From Escherichia coli (lineage in GTDB: Bacteria > Pseudomonadota > Gammaproteobacteria > Enterobacterales > Enterobacteriaceae), in the NCBI RefSeq assembly GCF_044324785.1, contig NZ_CP172127.1: 64,000 nt of DNA. The stretch is one strand, 5' to 3'. Under the pieces are notes generated by a model. That model saw only the letters and a program-made list of their open reading frames with translations, made no database searches and was not told the DNA's origin. Every line of letters starts with the position of its first letter. Positions within the stretch are counted from its first letter, which is position 1. The translations under genes and the position numbers were made by a program. Positions 28,213-38,665 of the stretch are shown piece by piece.

Positions 28213-28569
28213 TTAACAAAGGCGCTCCAGATCGTGTGCATATAATTCAGCGGCTACCGATTGATAGATCTTCCAGTCAATAAAATTGCCATCAGGGTAG
28301 ACACGTTGAAACGCGGTTAAGTCAGGGAAAAAACGCATGGTGTTGTTGCCGATGCGGTTATTTATTTTCTCTATGATGGCATGAAGATGTTTTTTTCGTT
28401 GCTGTCGCATAGCCAACAGTTGCTCGACCACACGATCAGGAATGGCGCATTTGCCATTTTCCCACTGATGCCAGCTTTCACAGTCTCCGGTCTGGGCAAT
28501 CCAGGTCGCGCATTCATCAATAGTCATGGCAAAAATATGGCGAAGAGCCTGGAGTTCATAAGCGTTCAT
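28213..28569 (-). CDS. ydiL: DUF1870-type small protein, unknown function
   Basis: ORF track 28213..28596; internal ATG gives the 118-aa MNAYELQALRHIF protein. Confidence 0.75.
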   Translation of the reverse strand: MNAYELQALRHIFAMTIDECATWIAQTGDCESWHQWENGKCAIPDRVVEQLLAMRQQRKKHLHAIIEKINNRIGNNTMRFFPDLTAFQRVYPDGNFIDWKIYQSVAAELYAHDLERLC

Positions 28570-28706
28570 CGTGTAATGGCTGCATGAAATAAACAATAAA
28601 ATATAAATAACATTATCAGCCTGCTGACGGCTTGAAGAGAGTCACAGTATCTTGTGCAACATTATTGGAAAGCGTGAGGGGCGAGGTAGCGAAGCGGAAA
28701 AATGTT

Positions 28707-28812
28707 AAAAAAAAGCCCATCGTGGGAGATGGGCAAAGACTACACACAGCAATTCGTTGTTTCACTCAGGGGATTTCCATGCTTATAAATCAATATGTTG
28801 ATTTATAACCGT
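28707..28812 (-). ncRNA. rprA: RprA small regulatory RNA (Hfq-dependent, activates rpoS translation)
   Basis: minus-strand sequence ACGGTTATAAATCAACATATTGATTTATAAGCATGGAAATCCCCTGAGTGAAACAACGAATTGCTGTGTGTAGTCTTTGCCCATCTCCCACGATGGGCTTTTTTT recognised as RprA, including the terminal hairpin plus U-run; lies between ydiL and ydiK. Confidence 0.85.
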
Positions 28813-28997
28813 GAGCTAATAGTAGGCATACGGACTTTTTGCGTCGATCAGATTCGTCTCATTAGTTTAAAAACTGTAAAGAATTTGCGACAGGTACTAC
28901 CAGCTGAATGGCGGTAAGCAGGAAAATATGGGGAAGAGCAAGCAAATATCAATTAGCGGTGGTTAACAATCAGGCGGCAGAGCCGCCTGATGAGAAA

Positions 28998-30110
28998 TTA
29001 CTTATTCGGTTTCTCGATTTCGCCAAGTTCTTCGAGAATTTCTTCCGGTTGGTCCGTCGGCGGTGGGACTTCTTCCACCCACGCGGCAAACAGACGCCAG
29101 GAAACGGCTAACAGAACCGGACCAATAAACAGACCGATCATCCCGAAAGCAATCAAACCACCAATAACGCCAGAGAGGATCAGGATCAGCGGTAAATCGG
29201 CACCCATGCGAATTAACATTGGGCGGATGACGTTATCCAGCGTGCCAACCACACCGCTCCACACTAACAATACCGTTCCCCAGGTGGTATCGCCGGTCCA
29301 GTAGAGCCAGATAATCGCCGGAATCAGTACCGGCAACGGTCCAAGCTGGACAAGGCAGGAGAGGATCATTAACACCGTGAGCAACGTTGCATAAGGTACG
29401 CCGGATACGGCGAGGCCGATACCGCCAAGCACTGCCTGTACTAACGCTGTCACCACAACACCCAGCGCCACCGCGCGGATAGCCTGTGCCGCCAGCAGCA
29501 CGGCGGCATCTCCGCGAACGCCTGCCAGACGGGTTGCAAAATGGCGAATGCCTTGTGCCACCTGTTCACCGCGCCAGTACAGCAGGGCACTGAAGAGAAG
29601 CATCAGCGCACAATGCACCATAAAGCGCCCGATATGCGCCGCTTGCCCAACGAACCAGGTGGTGGTGGTGCCAATATAAGGGCGGACTTTCGCCATGATC
29701 GCCGTACCCCCCATATCCAGCAAGTTGTGCCAGCCTGCATATAGCTTCGCGCCAATCACCGGAATGGTATTAAGCCACGCCAGATCGGGTAACGTCATGT
29801 CACCGCTGGAAATAGCTTTAATTAGCGGACCGCTGCCATCGACAATACTGTTAACCAACAAGGCAATAGGGATGATAAACACCATCACTAATAACAGCGT
29901 CATCACCAGAACGGCGAGAGAGCGGCGGCCAAACATGATCTTTTGCAAACGTAACAATACCGGCCAGGTGGCGATAACCACCGTACCGGCCCATGCAAAG
30001 CCGAGAATAAAGGGTTGAACAATCCACAGACATGCCACAATCATGATGGCTAAAAACAGCACCGAAAGCAGAATTTGTGCGACATCCCTGGGCTGACGAA
30101 CATTTACCAT
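28998..30110 (-). CDS. ydiK: AI-2E/UPF0118 family membrane transporter
   Basis: 370-aa polytopic ORF. Confidence 0.85.
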   Translation of the reverse strand: MVNVRQPRDVAQILLSVLFLAIMIVACLWIVQPFILGFAWAGTVVIATWPVLLRLQKIMFGRRSLAVLVMTLLLVMVFIIPIALLVNSIVDGSGPLIKAISSGDMTLPDLAWLNTIPVIGAKLYAGWHNLLDMGGTAIMAKVRPYIGTTTTWFVGQAAHIGRFMVHCALMLLFSALLYWRGEQVAQGIRHFATRLAGVRGDAAVLLAAQAIRAVALGVVVTALVQAVLGGIGLAVSGVPYATLLTVLMILSCLVQLGPLPVLIPAIIWLYWTGDTTWGTVLLVWSGVVGTLDNVIRPMLIRMGADLPLILILSGVIGGLIAFGMIGLFIGPVLLAVSWRLFAAWVEEVPPPTDQPEEILEELGEIEKPNK

Positions 30111-30498
30111 AACTACTTTTCACCTTTTTTGTGCGTCAAATCGTCGACGCGACGTGAACACGCGAAACTCACCTGCATAATGATGAGCAATTTCAGCGGT
30201 TTTTAACAGGCCGATTCTGCCCTTAATTCTGATGGGCGTGTTAGAAAAAAATGTGGTACAACAACTCAGGCAACACGCAAACGATTTACTCGTCGTATTT
30301 CAAGTTGCATATGCTGCGGCTACGTTCGTTCACCCCAGTTACTTACTGTTGTAAGCTCCTGGAGTTCACTCGCTTGCCGCCTTCCTGCAACACGAAATCC
30401 ATAGAGTAAACAAACATCACCTTTCAGTGCGCTATTGCAGCAGCCTGAAAGAATAGTGTATCGACCTACATCACAGACCGCAGGAAAGGGTCAATATA

Positions 30499-33400
30499 AT
30501 GATTCCACAGATTTCCCAGGCACCCGGCGTCGTTCAACTGGTGCTTAATTTTTTGCAAGAGCTGGAGCAACAGGGGTTTACCGGCGATACGGCGACAAGT
30601 TATGCCGATCGTCTGACAATGTCGACCGACAACAGTATTTACCAACTTCTCCCCGATGCGGTGGTATTTCCGCGTTCAACCGCAGATGTGGCGCTGATCG
30701 CCCGTCTTGCCGCGCAGGAACGCTATTCATCGCTGATCTTTACCCCCCGCGGCGGCGGCACCGGCACTAACGGTCAGGCGCTCAACCAGGGGATTATTGT
30801 TGATATGTCCCGCCATATGAACCGCATCATCGAAATTAACCCTGAAGAGGGCTGGGTGCGCGTTGAGGCCGGGGTGATTAAAGACCAACTCAATCAGTAC
30901 CTGAAACCGTTCGGCTACTTTTTTGCGCCGGAACTTTCGACCAGCAACCGGGCAACGCTAGGCGGGATGATCAATACCGATGCTTCTGGTCAGGGATCGC
31001 TGGTCTATGGCAAAACGTCAGATCACGTACTTGGCGTACGTGCAGTGTTGTTGGGGGGCGATATTCTCGATACGCAACCTTTACCCGTCGAACTGGCGGA
31101 AACGCTGAGTAAATCCAATACCACAATCGGGCGAATTTATAACACGGTTTATCAACGTTGCCGTCAGCAACGCCAGTTAATCATCGACAACTTCCCCAAA
31201 CTTAACCGCTTTCTTACCGGTTACGATCTGCGTCATGTCTTTAACGATGAGATGACCGAGTTCGACCTGACGCGCATTCTGACAGGTTCAGAAGGGACGC
31301 TGGCCTTTATTACCGAAGCGCGGCTGGATATTACGCCCTTGCCTAAAGTGCGCCGTCTGGTGAACGTCAAATATGACTCTTTTGACTCTGCGCTGCGTAA
31401 CGCGCCGTTTATGGTTGAGGCGCGGGCGCTTTCGGTAGAGACGGTTGACTCAAAAGTGCTGAATCTGGCGCGGGAAGATATTGTCTGGCATTCCGTCAGC
31501 GAGTTGATTACCGATGTGCCAGACAAAGAGATGCTCGGGCTGAACATTGTGGAATTTGCTGGTGATGATGAGACGCTGATTGATGAGCGGGTAAATGCAC
31601 TCTGTGCGCGGCTGGATGAACTTATCGCCAGTCAGCAAGCAGGTGTGATCGGCTGGCAGGTATGCAGTGAGCTGGCAGGTGTTGAGCGTATTTATGCAAT
31701 GCGCAAAAAAGCCGTTGGTCTGCTTGGCAATGCCAAAGGTGCCGCTAAGCCAATTCCGTTTGCTGAGGATACCTGCGTACCGCCGGAACATCTGGCCGAT
31801 TATATTGCTGAATTTCGCGCGCTGCTCGACAGCCACGGCTTAAGCTACGGTATGTTCGGTCACGTCGACGCAGGTGTCTTGCACGTCCGTCCGGCACTGG
31901 ATATGTGCGATCCACAACAAGAGATTTTGATGAAGCAAATCTCTGATGACGTAGTGGCGCTTACTGCGAAATACGGTGGTTTGTTGTGGGGCGAGCACGG
32001 CAAAGGTTTTCGCGCTGAATACAGCCCGGCGTTTTTCGGTGAGGAACTTTTTGCAGAACTGCGCAAAGTGAAAGCGGCATTTGACCCGCATAACCGACTC
32101 AACCCAGGGAAGATTTGCCCGCCAGAAGGTCTCGATGCGCCGATGATGAAAGTGGACGCGGTGAAGCGCGGTACATTCGATCGGCAGATCCCCATTGCGG
32201 TACGCCAGCAGTGGCGTGGTGCGATGGAGTGTAACGGCAACGGTTTATGCTTCAACTTTGATGCCCGCAGTCCGATGTGCCCGTCGATGAAGATCACCCA
32301 GAACCGGATTCATTCACCGAAAGGGCGCGCAACGCTGGTGCGTGAATGGCTGCGTTTGTTGGCGGATCGCGGCGTTGATCCACTCAAACTGGAACAAGAA
32401 CTGCCTGAATCCGGCGTCAGTTTGCGGACGTTAATTGCCCGCACGCGCAATAGCTGGCATGCGAATAAAGGCGAATATGACTTCTCACACGAAGTCAAAG
32501 AGGCGATGTCGGGCTGTCTGGCCTGTAAAGCTTGTTCGACCCAGTGCCCCATCAAAATTGATGTGCCGGAGTTTCGCTCTCGTTTTCTGCAGCTCTATCA
32601 CACCCGTTATTTACGCCCGCTGCGCGACCACCTCGTCGCTACGGTCGAGAGCTACGCGCCGCTGATGGCACGCGCGCCGAAAACCTTTAACTTCTTCATT
32701 AACCAGCCGCTGGTGCGCAAACTCTCGGAAAAACATATTGGCATGGTTGATTTGCCGCTGCTGTCGGTCCCCTCGCTACAACAACAAATGGTGGGGCATC
32801 GCTCGGCAAACATGACGCTGGAACAGCTTGAAGCTCTCAATGCAGAGCAGAAAGCGCGCACGGTGTTGGTGGTGCAGGACCCCTTTACCAGCTATTACGA
32901 TGCGCAAGTGGTGGCGGATTTTGTCCGTCTGGTTGAAAAATTAGGATTCCAGCCTGTGTTACTGCCATTTTCGCCAAATGGCAAAGCCCAGCATATCAAA
33001 GGCTTTCTTAATCGTTTTGCGAAGACGGCGAAAAAGACGGCGGATTTCCTCAACCGTGTGGCGAAGCTGGGGATGCCAATGGTGGGCGTCGATCCGGCGC
33101 TGGTACTTTGTTATCGCGATGAATATAAACTGGCGCTGGGCGAGGAACGTGGCGAGTTTAACGTCTTACTGGCGAATGAATGGCTCGCAAGCGCACTTGA
33201 GTCACAGCCAGTGGTTACAGTCAGCGGTGAATCATGGTATTTCTTTGGTCACTGTACCGAAGTTACCGCCTTGCCGGGCGCGCCAGCACAATGGGCGGCA
33301 ATATTTGCCCGTTTTGGCGCGAAACTGGAAAATGTCAGCGTGGGTTGCTGCGGCATGGCAGGGACTTACGGACATGAAGCGAAAAACCATAAAAATTCGC

Positions 33401-33555
33401 TCGGGATCTATGAGTTATCCTGGCATCAGGCGATGCAGCGACTGCCGCGTAATCGCTGTCTGGCGACCGGATATTCCTGCCGTAGTCAGGTCAAACGGGT
33501 TGAAGGCACGGGGGTACGCCATCCTGTGCAGGCTTTACTGGAGATTATTAAATGA
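30499..33555 (+). CDS. ydiJ: FAD-linked oxidoreductase with C-terminal Fe-S/CCG domains (reported D-2-hydroxyglutarate dehydrogenase)
   Basis: 1018-aa ORF; N-terminal GlcD/FAD-binding type 4 region, central CxxCxxCxxxCP motif (CLACKACSTQCP) and C-terminal Cys-rich region. Confidence 0.88.
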   Translation: MIPQISQAPGVVQLVLNFLQELEQQGFTGDTATSYADRLTMSTDNSIYQLLPDAVVFPRSTADVALIARLAAQERYSSLIFTPRGGGTGTNGQALNQGIIVDMSRHMNRIIEINPEEGWVRVEAGVIKDQLNQYLKPFGYFFAPELSTSNRATLGGMINTDASGQGSLVYGKTSDHVLGVRAVLLGGDILDTQPLPVELAETLSKSNTTIGRIYNTVYQRCRQQRQLIIDNFPKLNRFLTGYDLRHVFNDEMTEFDLTRILTGSEGTLAFITEARLDITPLPKVRRLVNVKYDSFDSALRNAPFMVEARALSVETVDSKVLNLAREDIVWHSVSELITDVPDKEMLGLNIVEFAGDDETLIDERVNALCARLDELIASQQAGVIGWQVCSELAGVERIYAMRKKAVGLLGNAKGAAKPIPFAEDTCVPPEHLADYIAEFRALLDSHGLSYGMFGHVDAGVLHVRPALDMCDPQQEILMKQISDDVVALTAKYGGLLWGEHGKGFRAEYSPAFFGEELFAELRKVKAAFDPHNRLNPGKICPPEGLDAPMMKVDAVKRGTFDRQIPIAVRQQWRGAMECNGNGLCFNFDARSPMCPSMKITQNRIHSPKGRATLVREWLRLLADRGVDPLKLEQELPESGVSLRTLIARTRNSWHANKGEYDFSHEVKEAMSGCLACKACSTQCPIKIDVPEFRSRFLQLYHTRYLRPLRDHLVATVESYAPLMARAPKTFNFFINQPLVRKLSEKHIGMVDLPLLSVPSLQQQMVGHRSANMTLEQLEALNAEQKARTVLVVQDPFTSYYDAQVVADFVRLVEKLGFQPVLLPFSPNGKAQHIKGFLNRFAKTAKKTADFLNRVAKLGMPMVGVDPALVLCYRDEYKLALGEERGEFNVLLANEWLASALESQPVVTVSGESWYFFGHCTEVTALPGAPAQWAAIFARFGAKLENVSVGCCGMAGTYGHEAKNHKNSLGIYELSWHQAMQRLPRNRCLATGYSCRSQVKRVEGTGVRHPVQALLEIIK

Positions 33556-33962
33556 TATGGAAACGAAAAATCACCCTGGAAGCACTGAATGCCATGGGTG
33601 AAGGAAACATGGTGGGGTTACTGGATATTCGCTTTGAACATATTGGTGATGACACCCTTGAAGCGACAATGCCAGTAGACTCGCGGACAAAGCAGCCTTT
33701 CGGGTTGCTGCATGGAGGGGCATCCGTGGTACTGGCCGAAAGTATCGGTTCCGTTGCCGGTTATTTATGTACTGAAGGTGAGCAAAAAGTGGTTGGCCTG
33801 GAAATCAATGCTAACCACGTCCGCTCGGCACGAGAAGGGCGGGTGCGCGGCGTATGCAAACCGTTGCATCTCGGTTCGCGTCACCAGGTCTGGCAGATTG
33901 AAATCTTCGATGAGAAAGGGCGTTTGTGCTGTTCGTCACGATTGACGACCGCCATTTTGTGA
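33552..33962 (+). CDS. menI: 1,4-dihydroxy-2-naphthoyl-CoA thioesterase (hotdog fold)
   Basis: 136-aa ORF, PaaI-type thioesterase; ATGA overlap with ydiJ. Confidence 0.88.
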   Translation: MIWKRKITLEALNAMGEGNMVGLLDIRFEHIGDDTLEATMPVDSRTKQPFGLLHGGASVVLAESIGSVAGYLCTEGEQKVVGLEINANHVRSAREGRVRGVCKPLHLGSRHQVWQIEIFDEKGRLCCSSRLTTAIL

Positions 33963-34061
33963 CGTTGTCACCAGAAAAGTGTGACGCATATTGCTTTTGG
34001 TCATTATCTGCACAGTAAACGGTGGTATACTGTGCAGGTCTTGTCTAAAAGCGAGGATGCT

Positions 34062-34250
34062 ATGTCTACTCAACTTGATCCCACCCAGCTGGCCATTGAA
34101 TTTTTACGCCGTGACCAGAGCAATCTTTCACCTGCCCAATATCTCAAACGTCTGAAACAACTAGAACTTGAATTTGCTGACCTGCTTACTCTCTCTTCTG
34201 CTGAATTAAAAGAAGAAATCTACTTTGCCTGGCGTCTGGGCGTGCATTGA
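34062..34250 (+). CDS. ydiH: small protein of unknown function
   Basis: ORF track 33981..34250; internal ATG gives the 62-aa MSTQLDPTQLAIEFLRR protein. Confidence 0.7.
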   Translation: MSTQLDPTQLAIEFLRRDQSNLSPAQYLKRLKQLELEFADLLTLSSAELKEEIYFAWRLGVH

Positions 34251-34439
34251 TCCTGACTTAATGCCGCAAGTTCGCCATATCGACCTGGATTAATCTCCGT
34301 CCAGGTTCGATGGCCTTCTTAATACTGCTTATCTACCCGCCTGATATTGTTCAAAAATAATACTAATCGCAGTTTGTGTTAAAACGGCGGGTTAGCTTTA
34401 TGAGATTATTCTTATCGCCCCTTCAAGAGCTAAGCCACT

Positions 34440-34515
34440 GAGAGTGCCGGAGATAAGCGCCGGATGGGGTAGAAACCCTTAAGCCTGTGTCGCACAGACT
34501 TAAGGGTTTTCTTAT
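34440..34515 (+). ncRNA. rydB: candidate small RNA ending at an intrinsic terminator (possibly RydB, reported between ydiH and sufA)
   Basis: strong hairpin CCCTTAAG-loop-CTTAAGGG followed by TTTTC about 225 bp after ydiH and about 290 bp before sufA; 5' end not determinable from sequence; RydB identity is from memory of its map position, not sequence recall. Confidence 0.3.
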
Positions 34516-34738
34516 TTCTAAACGCTGCACTTTTTTACCTATCTCTTAAATAGTCATTTTCAATACAACTTTTTCTTTTTCATCACAGCCTTAATGCTCC
34601 TTAGATAATAATCATTATCTAACAATGAGATACCTAATTCTTAGCGTGCCTGTTAACCCACACATCAGGGTCTATGCTTATTAAAAGCAGGAAAAAAGCA
34701 TGTTTTACGGTAAAGCCCCTGCGTTTGCTGGGTTGAAC

Positions 34739-34753
34739 TGATAATCATTATCA
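34739..34753 (+). promoter_or_regulatory. Fur box in the sufA promoter (TGATAATCATTATCA)
   Basis: canonical GATAAT/ATTATC inverted repeat about 45 bp upstream of the sufA ATG; the suf operon is Fur-repressed. Confidence 0.7.
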
Positions 34754-34798
34754 CTAACATGCTGTTATACGCTGAAAGCGATGAAGTGAGGTAAATCG

Positions 34799-35167
34799 AT
34801 GGACATGCATTCAGGAACCTTTAATCCACAGGATTTCGCCTGGCAGGGCTTAACGCTGACACCCGCAGCCGCTGTCCACATACGCGAGCTGGTGGCAAAG
34901 CAGCCGGGTATGGTCGGCGTGCGCTTAGGCGTGAAGCAAACGGGATGCGCGGGCTTTGGCTATGTGCTCGACAGTGTTAGCGAGCCGGACAAAGACGATC
35001 TGCTGTTTGAACACGACGGCGCGAAGCTGTTTGTCCCGCTGCAAGCGATGCCGTTTATTGATGGCACGGAAGTCGATTTCGTTCGTGAAGGACTTAATCA
35101 GATATTCAAATTTCACAACCCTAAAGCCCAGAATGAATGTGGCTGTGGCGAAAGCTTTGGGGTATAG
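34799..35167 (+). CDS. sufA: Fe-S cluster A-type carrier
   Basis: 122-aa ORF with C-terminal CGCGESF motif. Confidence 0.95.
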   Translation: MDMHSGTFNPQDFAWQGLTLTPAAAVHIRELVAKQPGMVGVRLGVKQTGCAGFGYVLDSVSEPDKDDLLFEHDGAKLFVPLQAMPFIDGTEVDFVREGLNQIFKFHNPKAQNECGCGESFGV

Positions 35168-35175
35168 GCGGTACT

Positions 35176-36663
35176 ATGTCTCGTAATACTGAAGCAACTG
35201 ACGATGTCAAAACCTGGACCGGCGGCCCGCTGAATTATAAAGAAGGATTCTTCACCCAGTTAGCCACCGATGAGCTGGCAAAGGGGATAAACGAAGAGGT
35301 GGTGCGCGCAATTTCGGCGAAGCGTAATGAGCCGGAGTGGATGCTGGAGTTTCGTCTCAATGCCTATCGCGCATGGCTGGAGATGGAAGAACCGCACTGG
35401 TTGAAAGCGCACTACGACAAGCTGAATTATCAGGATTACAGCTACTACTCAGCACCATCGTGCGTTAATTGTGACGACAACTGCGCGTCTGAACCCGGCG
35501 CGGTGCAGCAAACTGGCGCGAACGCCTTTTTAAGTAAAGAGGTGGAGGCGGCGTTTGAGCAGTTGGGCGTTCCCGTGCGGGAAGGCAAAGAGGTGGCGGT
35601 GGATGCCATTTTCGACTCTGTTTCGGTTGCCACCACTTATCGCGAAAAACTGGCGGAGCAGGGAATTATTTTCTGTTCCTTTGGCGAGGCGATCCACGAT
35701 CACCCGGAACTGGTGCGTAAATATCTCGGCACCGTGGTGCCGGGGAATGACAACTTCTTTGCCGCACTTAATGCGGCGGTAGCCTCTGACGGTACGTTTA
35801 TTTATGTGCCTAAAGGCGTGCGCTGCCCGATGGAACTTTCCACCTATTTTCGTATTAACGCGGAAAAAACCGGGCAGTTTGAGCGCACCATTCTGGTGGC
35901 CGACGAAGACAGCTACGTCAGCTACATTGAAGGCTGTTCCGCTCCGGTGCGTGACAGCTATCAGTTACACGCGGCGGTGGTGGAAGTCATCATCCATAAA
36001 AACGCCGAGGTGAAATATTCCACGGTACAAAACTGGTTCCCTGGCGATAACAACACCGGCGGTATTCTCAACTTCGTCACCAAGCGTGCTTTGTGCGAAG
36101 GCGAAAACAGCAAAATGTCATGGACGCAATCAGAAACCGGGTCAGCGATTACGTGGAAATATCCCAGCTGCATTTTGCGCGGCGATAACTCCATTGGTGA
36201 GTTTTACTCAGTGGCGCTGACCAGCGGTCATCAGCAAGCGGATACCGGCACCAAGATGATCCATATCGGTAAAAACACTAAATCGACCATTATCTCGAAA
36301 GGGATCTCTGCCGGACATAGTCAGAACAGTTATCGCGGCTTAGTGAAAATCATGCCGACGGCAACCAATGCGCGCAATTTCACTCAGTGCGACTCAATGC
36401 TGATTGGCGCTAATTGTGGGGCGCATACCTTCCCGTATGTCGAATGTCGCAATAACAGCGCACAACTGGAGCACGAGGCAACGACATCACGTATTGGTGA
36501 AGATCAACTGTTTTACTGCCTGCAACGCGGGATCAGCGAAGAAGACGCCATCTCGATGATTGTTAACGGTTTCTGCAAAGACGTGTTCTCAGAACTGCCG
36601 CTGGAATTTGCCGTTGAAGCACAAAAACTCCTCGCCATCAGTCTTGAACACAGCGTCGGATAA
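35176..36663 (+). CDS. sufB: Fe-S cluster assembly scaffold SufB
   Basis: ORF track 35137..36663; internal ATG gives the 495-aa [14 protein letters not shown] protein. Confidence 0.93.
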   Translation: MSRNTEATDDVKTWTGGPLNYKEGFFTQLATDELAKGINEEVVRAISAKRNEPEWMLEFRLNAYRAWLEMEEPHWLKAHYDKLNYQDYSYYSAPSCVNCDDNCASEPGAVQQTGANAFLSKEVEAAFEQLGVPVREGKEVAVDAIFDSVSVATTYREKLAEQGIIFCSFGEAIHDHPELVRKYLGTVVPGNDNFFAALNAAVASDGTFIYVPKGVRCPMELSTYFRINAEKTGQFERTILVADEDSYVSYIEGCSAPVRDSYQLHAAVVEVIIHKNAEVKYSTVQNWFPGDNNTGGILNFVTKRALCEGENSKMSWTQSETGSAITWKYPSCILRGDNSIGEFYSVALTSGHQQADTGTKMIHIGKNTKSTIISKGISAGHSQNSYRGLVKIMPTATNARNFTQCDSMLIGANCGAHTFPYVECRNNSAQLEHEATTSRIGEDQLFYCLQRGISEEDAISMIVNGFCKDVFSELPLEFAVEAQKLLAISLEHSVG

Positions 36664-36672
36664 GGAATAAAC

Positions 36673-37419
36673 ATGTTAAGTATTAAAGATTTACACGTCA
36701 GCGTGGAAGATAAAGCTATCCTGCGTGGGTTAAGCCTCGACGTTCGTCCCGGCGAAGTTCACGCCATTATGGGGCCAAACGGTTCGGGCAAAAGTACCTT
36801 ATCGGCAACGCTTGCCGGGCGAGAAGATTATGAGGTGACGGGCGGCACGGTTGAGTTCAAAGGCAAAGATTTGCTTGCGCTGTCGCCGGAAGATCGTGCA
36901 GGTGAAGGCATCTTTATGGCCTTCCAGTATCCGGTGGAAATTCCTGGCGTCAGTAACCAGTTTTTCCTGCAAACGGCACTTAATGCGGTGCGCAGCTATC
37001 GCGGCCAGGAAACGCTCGACCGCTTTGATTTTCAGGATTTGATGGAAGAGAAAATCGCTCTCCTGAAGATGCCGGAAGATTTATTAACCCGTTCGGTAAA
37101 CGTTGGTTTTTCCGGCGGCGAGAAAAAGCGCAACGATATTTTGCAAATGGCGGTGCTGGAACCGGAGTTATGTATTCTTGATGAGTCGGACTCCGGGCTG
37201 GATATTGACGCATTAAAAGTGGTTGCCGATGGCGTGAACTCGCTGCGTGACGGCAAGCGTTCATTCATCATTGTTACGCACTACCAACGCATTCTCGACT
37301 ACATCAAGCCTGATTACGTCCATGTGCTGTATCAGGGACGAATTGTGAAATCCGGCGATTTCACGTTGGTCAAACAACTGGAGGAGCAGGGTTATGGCTG
37401 GCTTACCGAACAGCAGTAA
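36673..37419 (+). CDS. sufC: Fe-S cluster assembly ATPase SufC
   Basis: 248-aa ORF with Walker A GPNGSGKST. Confidence 0.95.
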   Translation: MLSIKDLHVSVEDKAILRGLSLDVRPGEVHAIMGPNGSGKSTLSATLAGREDYEVTGGTVEFKGKDLLALSPEDRAGEGIFMAFQYPVEIPGVSNQFFLQTALNAVRSYRGQETLDRFDFQDLMEEKIALLKMPEDLLTRSVNVGFSGGEKKRNDILQMAVLEPELCILDESDSGLDIDALKVVADGVNSLRDGKRSFIIVTHYQRILDYIKPDYVHVLYQGRIVKSGDFTLVKQLEEQGYGWLTEQQ

Positions 37420-38665
37420 CGCGCTGCAACAGTGGCATCACTTGTTTGAAGCTGAAGGGACAAAACGCTCACCGCAAGCACAGCAGCATTTACAACAATT
37501 GCTGCGTACCGGACTGCCGACACGGAAACATGAAAACTGGAAATATACGCCGCTGGAAGGGCTGACCAATAGCCAGTTTGTCAGTATTGCGGGAGAGATA
37601 TCCCCACAGCAGCGTGATGCCTTAGCGTTAACGTTAGACGCTGTGCGGCTGGTATTTGTCGATGGACGTTACGTGCCTGCGCTGAGCGATGCAACTGAAG
37701 GCAGCGGATATGAAGTGAGCATTAACGACGACCGTCAGGGGTTACCCGACGCTATTCAGGCGGAAGTGTTTCTGCATTTGACGGAAAGCCTGGCACAAAG
37801 CGTGACGCATATCGCCGTGAAGCGCGGTCAACGACCGGCAAAGCCATTGCTGTTAATGCATATCACCCAGGGCGTGGCAGGTGAAGAGGTGAACACTGCC
37901 CATTACCGACATCATCTGGATCTGGCGGAAGGTGCCGAAGCAACGGTGATCGAACATTTTGTCAGCCTTAATGATGCTCGTCACTTCACCGGCGCACGGT
38001 TCACTATCAACGTCGCAGCGAACGCCCACTTGCAGCATATCAAGCTGGCGTTTGAAAACCCGGTCAGTCACCACTTTGCCCATAACGATTTGTTGCTGGC
38101 TGACGATGCCACCGCATTTAGCCACAGTTTCCTGCTGGGTGGCGCAGTGTTACGACACAACACCAGTACGCAACTCAATGGCGAAAACAGCACGCTGCGG
38201 ATCAATAGCCTGGCGATGCCGGTGAAAAACGAGGTGTGTGATACCCGTACCTGGCTGGAACACAATAAAGGTTTTTGTAACAGCCGACAGTTGCACAAAA
38301 CTATCGTCAGCGACAAAGGCCGCGCGGTGTTTAACGGTTTGATCAACGTCGCGCAGCACGCCATCAAAACGGATGGTCAGATGACCAACAATAATCTGCT
38401 GATGGGCAAACTGGCGGAAGTGGATACGAAACCACAGCTGGAAATCTATGCAGATGATGTGAAATGCAGCCATGGCGCGACGGTGGGGCGTATTGATGAT
38501 GAACAGATGTTCTATCTGCGCTCGCGCGGGATCAATCAGCAGGATGCCCAGCAGATGATCATTTACGCCTTCGCTGCCGAACTGACGGAAGCACTGCGTG
38601 ATGAGGGGCTTAAACAGCAGGTGCTGGCCCGAATCGGTCAACGGCTGCCAGGAGGTGCAAGATGA
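37394..38665 (+). CDS. sufD: Fe-S cluster assembly protein SufD
   Basis: 423-aa ORF; 26-bp overlap with sufC. Confidence 0.93.
   Translation: MAGLPNSSNALQQWHHLFEAEGTKRSPQAQQHLQQLLRTGLPTRKHENWKYTPLEGLTNSQFVSIAGEISPQQRDALALTLDAVRLVFVDGRYVPALSDATEGSGYEVSINDDRQGLPDAIQAEVFLHLTESLAQSVTHIAVKRGQRPAKPLLLMHITQGVAGEEVNTAHYRHHLDLAEGAEATVIEHFVSLNDARHFTGARFTINVAANAHLQHIKLAFENPVSHHFAHNDLLLADDATAFSHSFLLGGAVLRHNTSTQLNGENSTLRINSLAMPVKNEVCDTRTWLEHNKGFCNSRQLHKTIVSDKGRAVFNGLINVAQHAIKTDGQMTNNNLLMGKLAEVDTKPQLEIYADDVKCSHGATVGRIDDEQMFYLRSRGINQQDAQQMIIYAFAAELTEALRDEGLKQQVLARIGQRLPGGAR

Noticed and set aside
30111-30498. Palindromic and direct-repeat-like segments in the ydiK/ydiJ divergent promoter region (for example cgtcgacgcgacg) as possible REP or mobile-element remnants
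   Set aside because: Short, isolated, and lacking the GC-rich REP consensus or paired inverted repeats; more plausibly ordinary promoter or operator sequence.
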